Shown: piece by piece, positions 1-9,340 of the stretch
Numbering within the stretch: the stretch's first letter is position 1
Layout of the letters: the number at the start of each line of letters is the position of its first letter
Assembly: GCA_002773855.1 (NCBI GenBank)
Contig: PEZY01000005.1
Location: 8,237-72,236, forward strand
Direction of reading: 5' to 3'
DNA from: Candidatus Buchananbacteria bacterium CG10_big_fil_rev_8_21_14_0_10_33_19
GTDB lineage: Bacteria; Patescibacteriota; Patescibacteriia; 2-01-FULL-39-33
Length of the DNA stretch: 64,000 nt
Notes under the pieces: model-generated
The model's database searches: none
Told to the model about the DNA's origin: nothing
The model's input: the letters and a program-made list of their open reading frames with translations, nothing else
Translations under genes and position numbers: made by a program

Positions 1-549
1 ATGTCTAATTGGCTCGTAAGGATCACCGGGTTTATTAAGCAAGGCTTCTAATCTAGTTATTTCCTTTTCTTTTTGTTCCTCGTGCCACTTAGCCAAGCGT
101 ACTTGTTTTATTTCAGAAGCCATCACTGGATCCAATTCATCGGTAATATCAGCAAACAATTCCGCTTCTACAGCCTCTATATCAATATTAATTGATAAAC
201 CAAACAACTCAAACAACTTCTCAGCCACCTCGCGGGGCTTCTCTATTGATTTGGGCACCGCATACAGCATATGCATATCTCGATTAGTCACCAAAGGAAA
301 GAGAGTTTGTTTATCACCATTTTTTTCGACTACATAAATAGAACCTCTTTCAGGAAATAATTTCTTATAAAGTTCATGTTGACCAATAGCCAAAGCCTCA
401 TAAAAAGACCCTCGGAAAACTTGGAGGTAGAATAATTTAATAACAATGACCGCTGAGAAAACAATAAAAAAAATGGCTAGAAATTTAATTCTACCCTGTT
501 TAGATTCTCTACTTTTAAAACGGGTTAATTTATTCTCTCTCCAGCTCAT
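1..549 (-). CDS. ftsI: Penicillin-binding protein FtsI/PBP2-like transpeptidase, N-terminal 183 aa only; the gene continues past the window start.
   Basis: The ATG at 549 opens a frame with no stop before coordinate 1. The translation has an N-terminal TM helix and a PBP-dimerisation-like region (MSWRENKLTRFKSRESKQGRIKFLAIFFIVFSAVIVIKLFYLQV...). It lies directly downstream of ftsL in the mraZ-rsmH-ftsL-ftsI order. Confidence 0.6.
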   Translation of the reverse strand, partial: MSWRENKLTRFKSRESKQGRIKFLAIFFIVFSAVIVIKLFYLQVFRGSFYEALAIGQHELYKKLFPERGSIYVVEKNGDKQTLFPLVTNRDMHMLYAVPKSIEKPREVAEKLFELFGLSINIDIEAVEAELFADITDELDPVMASEIKQVRLAKWHEEQKEKEITRLEALLNKPGDPYEPIRH

Positions 550-560
550 TGTAAAATAAT

Positions 561-932
561 TTATCTCAAAGCCACCACAGAATCAGCTGGTTTTATAATT
601 TCTAAATTTTCTGTAGCCACTAGATTAAGTTTAGGAACTTGTTCTAAAATATTTGCCATTGACTGTAATTCGATATACGACAAATTTAACTTCTTATGAT
701 CTTCTTGTAATTGACTAAGTCTATTTTCTAAATCTTTGATTTCATAGCCTTTAGTCGCGGTCATATTAATTTGCATCAAATAAGCGCCAGTTACTACAAA
801 AGTTAACGTCACAATCACCATGCTTAATTTTTTTGGTGTCATAAAACTAAACAATAACCTAAATATATTACGTTTTTTGCGTAATTCTGGAAAATGATGA
901 TTACATTGTTCTTGTTTCCAATCTCGGCACAT
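561..932 (-). CDS. ftsL: FtsL-like cell division protein (short cytoplasmic tail, one TM helix, periplasmic coiled coil)
   Basis: 123-aa ORF between rsmH and ftsI. It has a TM segment LSMVIVTLTFVVTGAYLMQI followed by a leucine-rich heptad region. The position is conserved in dcw clusters. Confidence 0.5.
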   Translation of the reverse strand: MCRDWKQEQCNHHFPELRKKRNIFRLLFSFMTPKKLSMVIVTLTFVVTGAYLMQINMTATKGYEIKDLENRLSQLQEDHKKLNLSYIELQSMANILEQVPKLNLVATENLEIIKPADSVVALR

Positions 933-953
933 GGGATTATTTGATTTGATTAT

Positions 954-1862
954 TTAAATTTTTTCAACCACTCTTAACTTAGCACTGCGACTTCTAGGAT
1001 TTTTAAGTACTTCTTCATCTGAAGCAACTATTGGTCTTTTAGTTATAATTTTGATCTTAGGAAAATCTTTAACCGCAGCATTCTTAAAAAAATGCTTAAC
1101 TATTCTATCTTCACCACTATGGAAAGAGATAACCGCTAGCCGACCACCAACCGCTAAAGAGTTTATCGCATCAGGTAAAACCTGCTCGATATTCCCATAC
1201 TCATCATTTACCGCGATTCGTAGAGCTTGAAAAACTTTAGTCGCCGGATTATGTTTTGACTTATGACGATATTTTTTGCGGTACTGTTCTGAAATCAGCT
1301 GGACAAGCATATCAGCTGTTTCAATAAACTCACCACTTTGACGCTTAGCAATAATTTGTTTAGTTATTGGCCAAGCTAACGGCTCTTCCCCATAATTTTT
1401 AAATATTTCTAATAACTCTTTTTCACTATAATTTTTTAAAATTTCAGCAGCAGTGGGTCTGTCAGAAGTTGGATCAAATCTTAAATCCAAAAATCCTTCA
1501 CCCTGGAAACTAAATCCTCTATCCCCTGAGCCAAGCTGATCTGATGATAGACCAAGGTCAAGTAATACTCCATTAATTTTAGTAATTCCCAGTTCATTAA
1601 TTATTTTCTTTAAATTCTTATAATTATCGTTAACTAGTACTAGATTTTTATCGTGATTTAATTTTTTAACTGCCGGATCTAAATCGATGCCAATAACTTT
1701 GCCATTTGGTTTAATTCTTTCTAAAATAGCCTTAGAATGTCCACCACCACCATAGGTACAATCAATATGATTCTGATTTGGTTGGGGGTTTAAGCCATCT
1801 AATACTTCTCTCAATAATACTGGTTCATGAATAGTCTTGGACATATTATTTTTCAGAAACAT
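954..1862 (-). CDS. rsmH: 16S rRNA (cytosine1402-N4)-methyltransferase RsmH (MraW)
   Basis: SAM-MTase with a GGGGHS motif and an N-terminal HEPVLLREV. It sits directly downstream of mraZ and overlaps it by 17 nt. Confidence 0.9.
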   Translation of the reverse strand: MFLKNNMSKTIHEPVLLREVLDGLNPQPNQNHIDCTYGGGGHSKAILERIKPNGKVIGIDLDPAVKKLNHDKNLVLVNDNYKNLKKIINELGITKINGVLLDLGLSSDQLGSGDRGFSFQGEGFLDLRFDPTSDRPTAAEILKNYSEKELLEIFKNYGEEPLAWPITKQIIAKRQSGEFIETADMLVQLISEQYRKKYRHKSKHNPATKVFQALRIAVNDEYGNIEQVLPDAINSLAVGGRLAVISFHSGEDRIVKHFFKNAAVKDFPKIKIITKRPIVASDEEVLKNPRSRSAKLRVVEKI

Positions 1863-2277
1863 TTTCTAGAGCTTCGGCGATATCATTAGCGTTACTTTCA
1901 GTGTACTTAATATTTTTCTCCCATTTTTCTTCATCCCAAATTTCTAATCGATTATATAAACCAGCTACAATGACATTTTTATTTAAGCCAGCAAATTTTC
2001 TTTGATATTCAGGAATGATAATTCGTCCCTGTTTATCAGTTTCCACTTCCATTGCTCCAGCTAACATTTGTCTAGCCAGTGACCGATTATTTAATTTAGT
2101 AAAAGTTCTAGTCGCAATATCCTCAGCAATTTTATCCCATTCTTTTTTGGTGTATAAAAAAAGGCAGTTATCCAATCCCTTGGTAACTACGGCCTTTTTT
2201 AATTCATGACGAAACTTGGCTGGTATAGCCATTCTGCCCTTGGAATCAATGTTGTGTGAATATTGACCAACAAACAT
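1846..2277 (-). CDS. mraZ: Transcriptional regulator MraZ
   Basis: Canonical N-terminus MFVGQYSHNIDSKGRMAIPAKFR and a duplicated MraZ/SpoVT-AbrB domain. It is followed by rsmH. Confidence 0.9.
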   Translation of the reverse strand: MFVGQYSHNIDSKGRMAIPAKFRHELKKAVVTKGLDNCLFLYTKKEWDKIAEDIATRTFTKLNNRSLARQMLAGAMEVETDKQGRIIIPEYQRKFAGLNKNVIVAGLYNRLEIWDEEKWEKNIKYTESNANDIAEALENVSEK

Positions 2278-2334
2278 GGTATTGTGTTAAGCGCGACAAG
2301 CATGGAAATATTAATTAATTTATTTGGAAAAGCT

Positions 2335-2354
2335 TTCCCCACTTTTCCCCACTT
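2335..2354 (-). promoter_or_regulatory. Two direct GTGGGG repeats 10 bp apart (MraZ operator boxes), just downstream of the Pmra -10
   Basis: The plus strand reads ttccccacttttccccactt, so the minus strand reads AAGTGGGGAAAAGTGGGGAA. MraZ is known to bind GTGGG direct repeats overlapping its own promoter. Confidence 0.5.
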
Positions 2355-2370
2355 TTAACCATCTGTAATC

Positions 2371-2399
2371 ATTATAGCCCACTATTCATCACCGGTCAA
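2371..2399 (-). promoter_or_regulatory. Sigma70-type promoter of the mraZ operon (Pmra). On the minus strand: TTGACC, 17 nt, TATAAT.
   Basis: The minus strand reads TTGACCggtgatgaatagtgggcTATAAT. On the plus strand the -35 is 2394-2399 and the -10 is 2371-2376. Confidence 0.5.
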
Positions 2400-2478
2400 C
2401 ACTTTAATTATATTAATAAAAACCCTCAAAATGCTTCAATTTTACACCATTTTAGTTAATTAGCTTACAACTATAAAT

Positions 2479-2538
2479 TATTGTGGATAATTTAATAAGT
2501 AATTTGTCTTTTAGTTAGTTACACTTTATCCACAATAT
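2479..2538. promoter_or_regulatory. Perfect 12-bp inverted repeat TATTGTGGATAA ... TTATCCACAATA, containing two DnaA-box-consensus 9-mers (TTATCCACA) separated by 36 bp
   Basis: Read directly: 2479-2490 and 2527-2538. It lies upstream of the Pmra -35. Confidence 0.4.
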
Positions 2539-2572
2539 ACAAAACACATAACATGGAACATATTTTACACTT

Positions 2573-2605
2573 AAAAAGAGATATGAATAAATCACATCTC
2601 TTTTT
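2573..2605. terminator. Rho-independent terminator after tsaB. It is a hairpin flanked by an A-run and a T-run, so it can work in both directions.
   Basis: aaaaagagatatg-aataaat-cacatctcttttt. Confidence 0.5.
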
Positions 2606-2666
2606 ATTATTTATACGTATTATTTCTAATAAATTATATTATAGGTTTTACGTTATATGTTATACG

Positions 2667-3065
2667 TTACGATATATTAGGCTCCCTGCCATATTCAGGC
2701 ATCACCACACCTCCAGTTTTAGTAGATTTCAATTTAGTCATAGTCTTAGCAATTAACTCTTCATTATTACTAAATTCAGTTAAGTTTAAGCCAATAACTG
2801 GCACATTCAAAGCATAAGCTAAAACATTAGCCGTCACCACGCCAATTCTTAGCGCGGTAAAACCGCCAGGGCCAGTCACAACAGCAATACCTTTAATATC
2901 TTCTAGATTATTATGCTGATTATTTAAACTTTCTTTAATTAAAGGTAATAAATTTTCCGCTTGTTTGTATTCACCCTCAATTTCGCGAATATTAAAATCG
3001 GTAGAATTTTTTGCCAATATGACCTCCAAAGATTTACTTATAGCCGTGTTAATTATCAAGTACAT
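2667..3065 (-). CDS. tsaB: tRNA threonylcarbamoyladenosine biosynthesis protein TsaB (YeaZ), short 132-aa form
   Basis: It has the VTGPGGFTALRIGV signature and N-terminal similarity to TsaB. The ORF ends after the N-terminal half. Confidence 0.7.
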   Translation of the reverse strand: MYLIINTAISKSLEVILAKNSTDFNIREIEGEYKQAENLLPLIKESLNNQHNNLEDIKGIAVVTGPGGFTALRIGVVTANVLAYALNVPVIGLNLTEFSNNEELIAKTMTKLKSTKTGGVVMPEYGREPNIS

Positions 3066-3067
3066 AT

Positions 3068-3679
3068 TTATTTTTTCATTTTAGACATTAAAGAATCAAC
3101 AATTATCATATTTTTACCACCCAATAAATCATACAAAAAACGATCAGTTATATTATAACGATACTGAAATTCCGCTTTAGTCATTATGGCATAATTAATT
3201 GATTTACCTAGTTCTTTCTCAAAAGACTTTACTAAGTTCTTTAATTTTGTCCGATTAACCACACCCACTGCCAACATATCAACTGGGGCATTCTCCCATC
3301 CCACAAAAACACCGGATAACAAGAAAAATTTAATATCACCTAAATTTTCAATCCTTTTAGTTAGAGTTTTGTCTAAAACCACATGGGCTTTATTTAATAA
3401 TGATGTTAATTCAGTGATAAACATAAAATCACCATTTAATTTGTAATATTTTTTATTATCCTTTATTTCTTTTTCAATTTCCTTTTCCAAGTCTGTTTTA
3501 GTGTAAAAATTAATAATACCCATTTTTTGTAAATTATCTAATTCTCGTCTAATTGAATTTAAATGAGTATCTAAATTGCGAGTTAACTCTCTAACATAAT
3601 AAAACTTCTCCGGATTGTTTAAAAACAATCGAAGTAGCATTACTCTTGTCTTAGAACCAAAAAGTTGTTCAATCATCAA
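3068..3679 (-). CDS. Winged-helix DNA-binding protein with an uncharacterised C-terminal domain
   Basis: N-terminus LLRLFLNNPEKFYYVRELTRNLDTHLNSIRRELDNLQKMGII resembles ArsR/MarR-type wHTH regulators. Confidence 0.4.
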   Translation of the reverse strand: MMIEQLFGSKTRVMLLRLFLNNPEKFYYVRELTRNLDTHLNSIRRELDNLQKMGIINFYTKTDLEKEIEKEIKDNKKYYKLNGDFMFITELTSLLNKAHVVLDKTLTKRIENLGDIKFFLLSGVFVGWENAPVDMLAVGVVNRTKLKNLVKSFEKELGKSINYAIMTKAEFQYRYNITDRFLYDLLGGKNMIIVDSLMSKMKK

Positions 3680-3855
3680 TATTTGTAATTAATTAGATTT
3701 AGCCTGAATATTTACACAATAACTAAAAAACTGGAAATTAGTAGTTTTAACCAATTCTTTGACTTTAATATCATTGGACTTGTTGCTATTAAATATTGTA
3801 TAATATTTAATGCATATGTATCAAGTCCTAAAATATTTCAATCACTTAACATAAC

Positions 3856-6135
3856 ATGAACCAACTTCTAACTTCAATCAGTAAACTATCTATGGACAGT
3901 GGCAAAAGTTCCGCTGTCTGTGACGCTTTTGTAGCCAAACCTAAGCCAGAACTAAAAAGTAAGCTAGGAACGATAGTTGGAATTATAGAATTATTTGCTC
4001 AACCAGATGAATTTGTTGATAAATTTTTTGAAATAATAAATGATTTAGAAACCGAATACTATTTGCCACCATTTGAAACTGAAGGTGGCATTGAAAAGAG
4101 ATTTGAAGAATGCTTACAAAGAGCCAATAGACGTATACACAAAGCTATCAATGACTCAGTCATTGAATTAGAACCAAAGAACATCAATTCTCTAGTGGCC
4201 CTAATTCATCATGGCAAAATTTACTTAAGTCAAATAGGCCAAAATAATGCTCTTTTATTTCATCGTAAAAAACAATACGATTATATTATTGTGGATATTT
4301 TTTCTCAAGCTGGCGACAAAACCAGCAAAATAAACTCCGAAAAGATGTTCTCTAACATTATTAATGGTGCTATTACCGAAAAAGATAATTTATTTTTTTG
4401 TAATGATAGTGTTTTAGAATATATTTCACAAAATGAATTAATGGAAATAATCACCGAGGAATCACCAGCTTCCGCCCTTAAAGAAATTGAATCGATTCTA
4501 AAAAAAGACAGCCAAGATAACAATTTTTATGCCATTGCTATTGAACCAGTCATCAAAGAAGATAAATTTACTGAACAATTAATTGTTAGTGCTAATAACA
4601 CCATGCCAGAAATAGAAAAACCACGTGTACCCTCACAAACATCTATTAATAAATTAATATCCACCCAAGAAAATACCGAAAAATATTTAGCGCCATCTAT
4701 GGCCCCTAATTGGAAAAAGGCTTTAGTAATTACCGTCTGGGGCTTAAGGGTGGTTACTAAATTTATCATTAAATACCTTAAAATAATTTCCTTAGAAATA
4801 ATTAAACTAAGCAAGGTTACTTTTAATTACATTTATCATAAATTTGCCAAGCAAAAATTAAATAACCGAGACACTAGCACTATTAATAGTGACCAATCAT
4901 TAAACCCAAATAAGCCAACTATTGACCCATCTGAAAACACGCAGACTAGCTATAGTCATAAATTAAAGGAAAATAAAAATTTATTTGATACCATTAGTGA
5001 TTTTATCAATCGACAAATTACTAAATTTGTCAGTCTAAATAAACTACAAAAAAGCTTGTTTATTACTGGCCTAGTGTTAATATTTTTCTTTTCCCAAAGC
5101 ATGGTGTGGCAAGGACAAGTAGTTACTAACTCAGAAAAAACCAGCACTTCCGATATTATCAAGCAGATCGAAGATAATTTGAATGCCGGTGAAGCCAAGA
5201 ATATATTTAATGATGAAGCCGGATCTAAAGAATCATTACAGTTGGCAATAAATCTTTTGAGTCAAATCCCAAATAACAATAAATATCAAGCTACTAAAAA
5301 TGAGCTGCAAAGTCGGATTGATGATTTAAATAGATCATTACAAAAAATAGTTTATTTAGATAATCCAGAAACTATATCAGATTTATTTAATCAAAATGAA
5401 TCAGCCGATTTATCATCAATGACAATATCTGGTAATTATATTTTCGTCTTTGATAATAATAATCAAAATATTTATAAAATTGATCTAGAAAAAAAACAAA
5501 CTATTGCTAAAAAATTACCTCAGAATTTCAGCAATGTTCGAAAAATAGCCGCTATAGACGATAACAAAGTTTTACTATTAAACAATGATAGTGAGTTATA
5601 CACCTATAACCTAGAAACTAATTTAGCTGAAAGCTCATTAACTAATAAAGACAAAATTACCGATATCAGTTTATATGGTGGAAAATTATACGCCCTAATT
5701 GCCGACAAGGGACAAATCTTAAAACACTTTCCAGTTGATACTGGTTATAATTCTGGTAGTAGCTGGATAAAAGATGGTACTGATATCACAGATATAGTTA
5801 CATTTACAATTGATGGTGGCATATATACGATTAATGATACTGGCAATATTAAATACCTGCTCAGTGGCAAACTAATGGCCACTAACTTTTCAGAAGTAAA
5901 CCCAGCAATTTCATCACCAAAACAAATATTTACCGATGGTGACTCTAGTTATTTATACGTTTTAGATCAAAATAATCAACGTATAATTGTATTTGAAAAA
6001 AATAGTGGCAACATAAAAACCCAGTACTCATCTAAGGAATTTTCGAATATGAAATCAATAATTATCAATAGCAAAGAAAAGAAAATTTATGTATTGGCAA
6101 ATAAAAAAATATACCTAATTAACACTGATAACTAA
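3856..6135 (+). CDS. Large membrane protein: an N-terminal degenerate PP2C-like (PPM) domain, one TM helix, and a C-terminal beta-propeller-like repeat region
   Basis: 759 aa. The N-terminal 230 aa have PP2C-like blocks (VALIHHGKIYLSQIGQNNALLF; LFFCNDSVLEYISQNELMEII) but no DGMGG metal motif. A TM helix sits near residue 400. The C-terminal repeats are of the YIFVFDNNNQNIYKID / YLYVLDQNNQRIIVF type. Confidence 0.4.
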   Translation: MNQLLTSISKLSMDSGKSSAVCDAFVAKPKPELKSKLGTIVGIIELFAQPDEFVDKFFEIINDLETEYYLPPFETEGGIEKRFEECLQRANRRIHKAINDSVIELEPKNINSLVALIHHGKIYLSQIGQNNALLFHRKKQYDYIIVDIFSQAGDKTSKINSEKMFSNIINGAITEKDNLFFCNDSVLEYISQNELMEIITEESPASALKEIESILKKDSQDNNFYAIAIEPVIKEDKFTEQLIVSANNTMPEIEKPRVPSQTSINKLISTQENTEKYLAPSMAPNWKKALVITVWGLRVVTKFIIKYLKIISLEIIKLSKVTFNYIYHKFAKQKLNNRDTSTINSDQSLNPNKPTIDPSENTQTSYSHKLKENKNLFDTISDFINRQITKFVSLNKLQKSLFITGLVLIFFFSQSMVWQGQVVTNSEKTSTSDIIKQIEDNLNAGEAKNIFNDEAGSKESLQLAINLLSQIPNNNKYQATKNELQSRIDDLNRSLQKIVYLDNPETISDLFNQNESADLSSMTISGNYIFVFDNNNQNIYKIDLEKKQTIAKKLPQNFSNVRKIAAIDDNKVLLLNNDSELYTYNLETNLAESSLTNKDKITDISLYGGKLYALIADKGQILKHFPVDTGYNSGSSWIKDGTDITDIVTFTIDGGIYTINDTGNIKYLLSGKLMATNFSEVNPAISSPKQIFTDGDSSYLYVLDQNNQRIIVFEKNSGNIKTQYSSKEFSNMKSIIINSKEKKIYVLANKKIYLINTDN

Positions 6136-6175
6136 TTTGTAAATATAATTTCAATCAGGGAGGACACCGGTAGCT

Positions 6176-6391
6176 ATGTTTATCAATTGCAGTCAAAAAT
6201 ATAGACTCACCAATAAAGCCCCTTATAACTCTGAACTAATACTTAAAATTCAACAAGAGAGGGACTTTGCCATATCACAATCGATCAATCAAAAATTGGG
6301 CTACAAAATATTTGAGATTATAATGCTCTCCGACGAACATTTTAAAAAAATTATTGCCAAAAAAGAGGCAACCAAAAAACCTCCAGGCTAG
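6176..6391 (+). CDS. Small hypothetical protein (71 aa)
   Basis: A strong RBS (cagGGAGGacaccggtagctATG) precedes it and the shared terminator follows. Confidence 0.35.
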   Translation: MFINCSQKYRLTNKAPYNSELILKIQQERDFAISQSINQKLGYKIFEIIMLSDEHFKKIIAKKEATKKPPG

Positions 6392-6407
6392 GCCCAGAGG
6401 TTTTTTT
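6374..6407. terminator. Bidirectional rho-independent terminator shared by the small ORF (+) and rplL (-)
   Basis: acctccaggctaggcccagaggt followed by TTTTTTT, with an A-run on the other side. Confidence 0.6.
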
Positions 6408-6423
6408 AATTTAAAATAAAATA

Positions 6424-6825
6424 TTATTTTAAAGTTACAGTCGCACCAGCCTCTTCAAGAGTCTTTTTGATGTTTTCTGCTTCTTCTTTCTTTACATTTT
6501 CTCTAACAACCTTTGGAGCACCGTCAACTAAATCTTTAGCTTCTTTTAATCCAAGTTCTGTTACAGTTCTAACTGCTTTAATAACACCAATTTTGTTAGC
6601 ACCAGCTGCAGTTAATTCGATATCAAAGCTATCTTTTTCTTCAACGGCTTCAGCAGCAGCAGGAGCAGCAGCCATAGCCATCATAGGAGCAGCAGCAGAA
6701 ACACCAAATTTTTCTTCTAATACCTTAACTAATTCAGATAAATCAATAACGCTAAGCTTTTCAATTTGCTCAACCAATGACTTGAATTTTTCAGGTACAA
6801 TAACTTCTTTTTTTTCTTCTGACAT
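6424..6825 (-). CDS. rplL: 50S ribosomal protein L7/L12
   Basis: It has an Ala-rich hinge and the conserved C-terminal domain [28 protein letters not shown]. Confidence 0.95.
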   Translation of the reverse strand: MSEEKKEVIVPEKFKSLVEQIEKLSVIDLSELVKVLEEKFGVSAAAPMMAMAAAPAAAEAVEEKDSFDIELTAAGANKIGVIKAVRTVTELGLKEAKDLVDGAPKVVRENVKKEEAENIKKTLEEAGATVTLK

Positions 6826-6871
6826 AATTTTATTTAATTATTATTTATTTTTTAATTATTTATATTAATTT

Positions 6872-7405
6872 TTAATTACCTTGTGATTTCTTTTCGCTAA
6901 TAGCATTAAGGGCGTAAACAAAATTTCGAAGATTGCCTGATAACACATTAACAAAGCCTGATAATGGAGCGGCAATTGAACCAACTGCTTTGGCCAATAA
7001 CTCTGGCTTAGATGGTAAGACAGCTAAAGCCTTAATCTTATCTTCTCCAATCAATGCTCCTTCCAAGACACCACCTAAAATTTTCATTTTTTCATGACCC
7101 TTGGCAAAAGTACTAACCAATTTTGCTGGTGCTATTTCATCTTCAAAACCAATAACAGTCGCTACTTCACCACTAAAGTCACTATTCTCTACATCAGAGA
7201 AGCCCTTTTCAGTTAAAATTTTCTTAAGTAGAGTTTTTTTAGCTACAACATAGCCAACATTCTCATCTTTACAAGTATTTCTCAAAATATTAATCTCCTT
7301 AACTGGAATACCAGAAAAATTAACGAAAACAGCTGACTTCATAGCATCCATTTTTTCCTGTAAGCCACCTAAAATTTCTTTTTTCTGACTTTTGGTTTTG
7401 GCCAT
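6872..7405 (-). CDS. rplJ: 50S ribosomal protein L10
   Basis: It lies upstream of rplL, with the L10 signature AVFVNFSGIPVKEINILR. Confidence 0.9.
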   Translation of the reverse strand: MAKTKSQKKEILGGLQEKMDAMKSAVFVNFSGIPVKEINILRNTCKDENVGYVVAKKTLLKKILTEKGFSDVENSDFSGEVATVIGFEDEIAPAKLVSTFAKGHEKMKILGGVLEGALIGEDKIKALAVLPSKPELLAKAVGSIAAPLSGFVNVLSGNLRNFVYALNAISEKKSQGN

Positions 7406-7573
7406 AGTATTATAATGATTATTAATTAATAAAAAAATCTGCTCTCATCAGCAGACATAATAGAATTAGCTAAAATAAGCTATATTTCCTCGGTAGGTCT
7501 TAATTTTATGCCCACTGTCTGCGGATAAATTGTTTTATTGGTATTATTATAGCAAATTTGTATTATTTGTCAA
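7406..7573 (-). promoter_or_regulatory. rplJ promoter plus a ~140-nt L10 leader containing a hairpin at 7437-7456
   Basis: The minus strand reads TTGACAaataatacaaatttgcTATAAT (plus strand: -35 at 7568-7573, -10 at 7546-7551). Hairpin TCTGCT-ctcatc-AGCAGA. The rplJ leader is known to be the autoregulatory L10(L12)4 binding site in many bacteria. Confidence 0.35.
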
Positions 7574-7632
7574 TAAGCACCAAAAGGACCATTTTTATTA
7601 TATTTAATTACTATTTTTAAGCTATTTATAAA

Positions 7633-8169
7633 TTATTTAAAAAAAATTGCCTTATATGTCCAAAAATCAATTTTACCATCATCATATGGTTTACTATCAA
7701 TATTAGCCTTTAAACACAAGCTATTTAAAAATTCTTGCTTATCTTTAAAACTAGACCAAACATTTGGCAAATAAGTAGCCGAATTACTACCTCGTCTGAT
7801 TAAAACTCCATCACCAGATTTTATTTGATCAATTGAAACTTTTTCTAATTCCGACAAAATTGATATCTCAATTTCTACTTTATCTAGGTCTCCAATCTTA
7901 AATGGCTGCGATCTTGGATCATTAAAGGCTAAGATGGTATTGTCTCTGACAGACAATATTAGAGACTCCTGAGGCTCAATATGCCCCACACAGCCATGTA
8001 ATTTATTGTCCAAATTAAGAGTCACAAAGACTCCCCGCTTTTCCCAGAGCTTCTTGTTAATAGTCTGGGGTTCAAATTTTTCCCCAGACATTAAAAATTT
8101 CTCCAGTGACTTATAAGCTATCTTAAGAAGAAATTCCTTTTCACCTGCAGTATAATATTCACTGTCCAT
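7633..8169 (-). CDS. AMMECR1-domain protein
   Basis: RGVFVTL ... LHGCVGHIEP motif pattern typical of AMMECR1. Confidence 0.55.
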   Translation of the reverse strand: MDSEYYTAGEKEFLLKIAYKSLEKFLMSGEKFEPQTINKKLWEKRGVFVTLNLDNKLHGCVGHIEPQESLILSVRDNTILAFNDPRSQPFKIGDLDKVEIEISILSELEKVSIDQIKSGDGVLIRRGSNSATYLPNVWSSFKDKQEFLNSLCLKANIDSKPYDDGKIDFWTYKAIFFK

Positions 8170-8174
8170 AAAAA

Positions 8175-9173
8175 TTAATCTAAATATTTGGCCTTATTTC
8201 TTAGATGTTCTTCATAAGTCTGACTATATATCACAGTACCATCATCTTTAGTAGTTAGAAAATAGTAATGGGCATTTCTAGTCGGATAAACCACTGCCTC
8301 AATACTGCCAACACCCGGATTAGATATTGGACCTGGTGGCAAACCTCGATACTTATAAGTATTATAAAGTGAATCTATTTTCAAATCATCATAAGTTGGT
8401 TGAGACCGCCCATAACCAGTGACATAATTAACCGTAGCATCAGATTGTAAGGCAATGCCATCTTTTAATCTTTTTAAGAAGACATCGGCAATCATTTTTT
8501 TATCAGCATCATTTGGCACTTCTCTTTCGATAATCGAAGCTAAAGTCACTACATCAAAAATATTTTTTCCTTGACTAACTATATCAGCCTTAGTTTGATC
8601 AGTTAATTTACTATCAAAATTATCCAACATTTTTCTTATAATATCCTCAACAGTTGCGTCAGAAAATATTCGATAAGTATCAGGAAACAAAAAACCTTCT
8701 AAGTTTTTAGTCTTAACATCGGCCAAAAAATCATATTGATCACGCCAATCATCAATAGCAATAGCTGTCAAAAATTCTGATTTTAAAACAATATCATTTT
8801 TTTCTAAATAATCAGCAATTTCTTCGGCTCTCCAGCCCTCAATAATTGTAATTACACTTTCATTACTTAAACTAGTGCCAGTGGTAATAATTCTTAATAC
8901 ATCTATCATGCTCATATTTTTAGACAAAGCATGGTTACCAGCTACAATTTTACTTTGCTGACCCTTTAATTTAGTATAAAGCTCAAAGATAAATTTATGT
9001 CTTATTAAATCTTGACTTAACAAATCATCAGACACATCATTCAGGGTTTCACCAATTTTTATATCAAAATAAATATCTGATTTATCTTTACTATTTGGCG
9101 TGAAAATATCTATCAAAAAATACACCGTTAAGAAGAATACTATAAATACAACTAAAATAACTATTTTTTTCAT
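8175..9173 (-). CDS. mltG: Endolytic murein transglycosylase MltG (YceG family)
   Basis: N-terminal TM helix. YceG blocks are present: ITIIEGWRAEEIADYL, EGFLFPDTYRI, ASIIEREV, YNTYKYRGLPPGPISNPG. Confidence 0.85.
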   Translation of the reverse strand: MKKIVILVVFIVFFLTVYFLIDIFTPNSKDKSDIYFDIKIGETLNDVSDDLLSQDLIRHKFIFELYTKLKGQQSKIVAGNHALSKNMSMIDVLRIITTGTSLSNESVITIIEGWRAEEIADYLEKNDIVLKSEFLTAIAIDDWRDQYDFLADVKTKNLEGFLFPDTYRIFSDATVEDIIRKMLDNFDSKLTDQTKADIVSQGKNIFDVVTLASIIEREVPNDADKKMIADVFLKRLKDGIALQSDATVNYVTGYGRSQPTYDDLKIDSLYNTYKYRGLPPGPISNPGVGSIEAVVYPTRNAHYYFLTTKDDGTVIYSQTYEEHLRNKAKYLD

Positions 9174-9340
9174 TTTTTTATTAAATTATTACTAATTCAG
9201 TATAACATAGAGTTACAAAATGATAAATTTTAATAAATATTTATATCGTGTTGTCAAAACTGGCAAAATATTATATTCTAATTATAGCAATTTGAACATT
9301 GACAATAATTCAAGATAATTCTAACCAAGGAGCCTGAGAA

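Noticed and set aside
2553-2756. 67-aa ORF in the mraZ/tsaB intergenic region
   Set aside because: It overlaps the tsaB 3' end and the terminator hairpin. It is low-complexity and His/Ser-rich, and the region is better explained as terminator plus promoter.
6467-6868. 133-aa plus-strand ORF antisense to rplL. The same reasoning applies to other antisense ORFs in the track, e.g. 48475-48717 inside rpmA, 32273-32737, 2015-2209, 4305-4814, 9559-9927, 26989-27252 and 53174-53704.
   Set aside because: Each lies entirely within, and antisense to, a well-supported conserved gene. They are low-complexity and lack an RBS, which is typical of spurious ORFs in AT-rich DNA.
7437-7456. The hairpin TCTGCT-ctcatc-AGCAGA as a terminator for the AMMECR1 gene
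   Set aside because: It lies downstream of the rplJ promoter (-10 at 7546-7551), inside the L10 leader. So it is more likely part of the leader structure than a terminator, although it does have a U-run on the minus strand.
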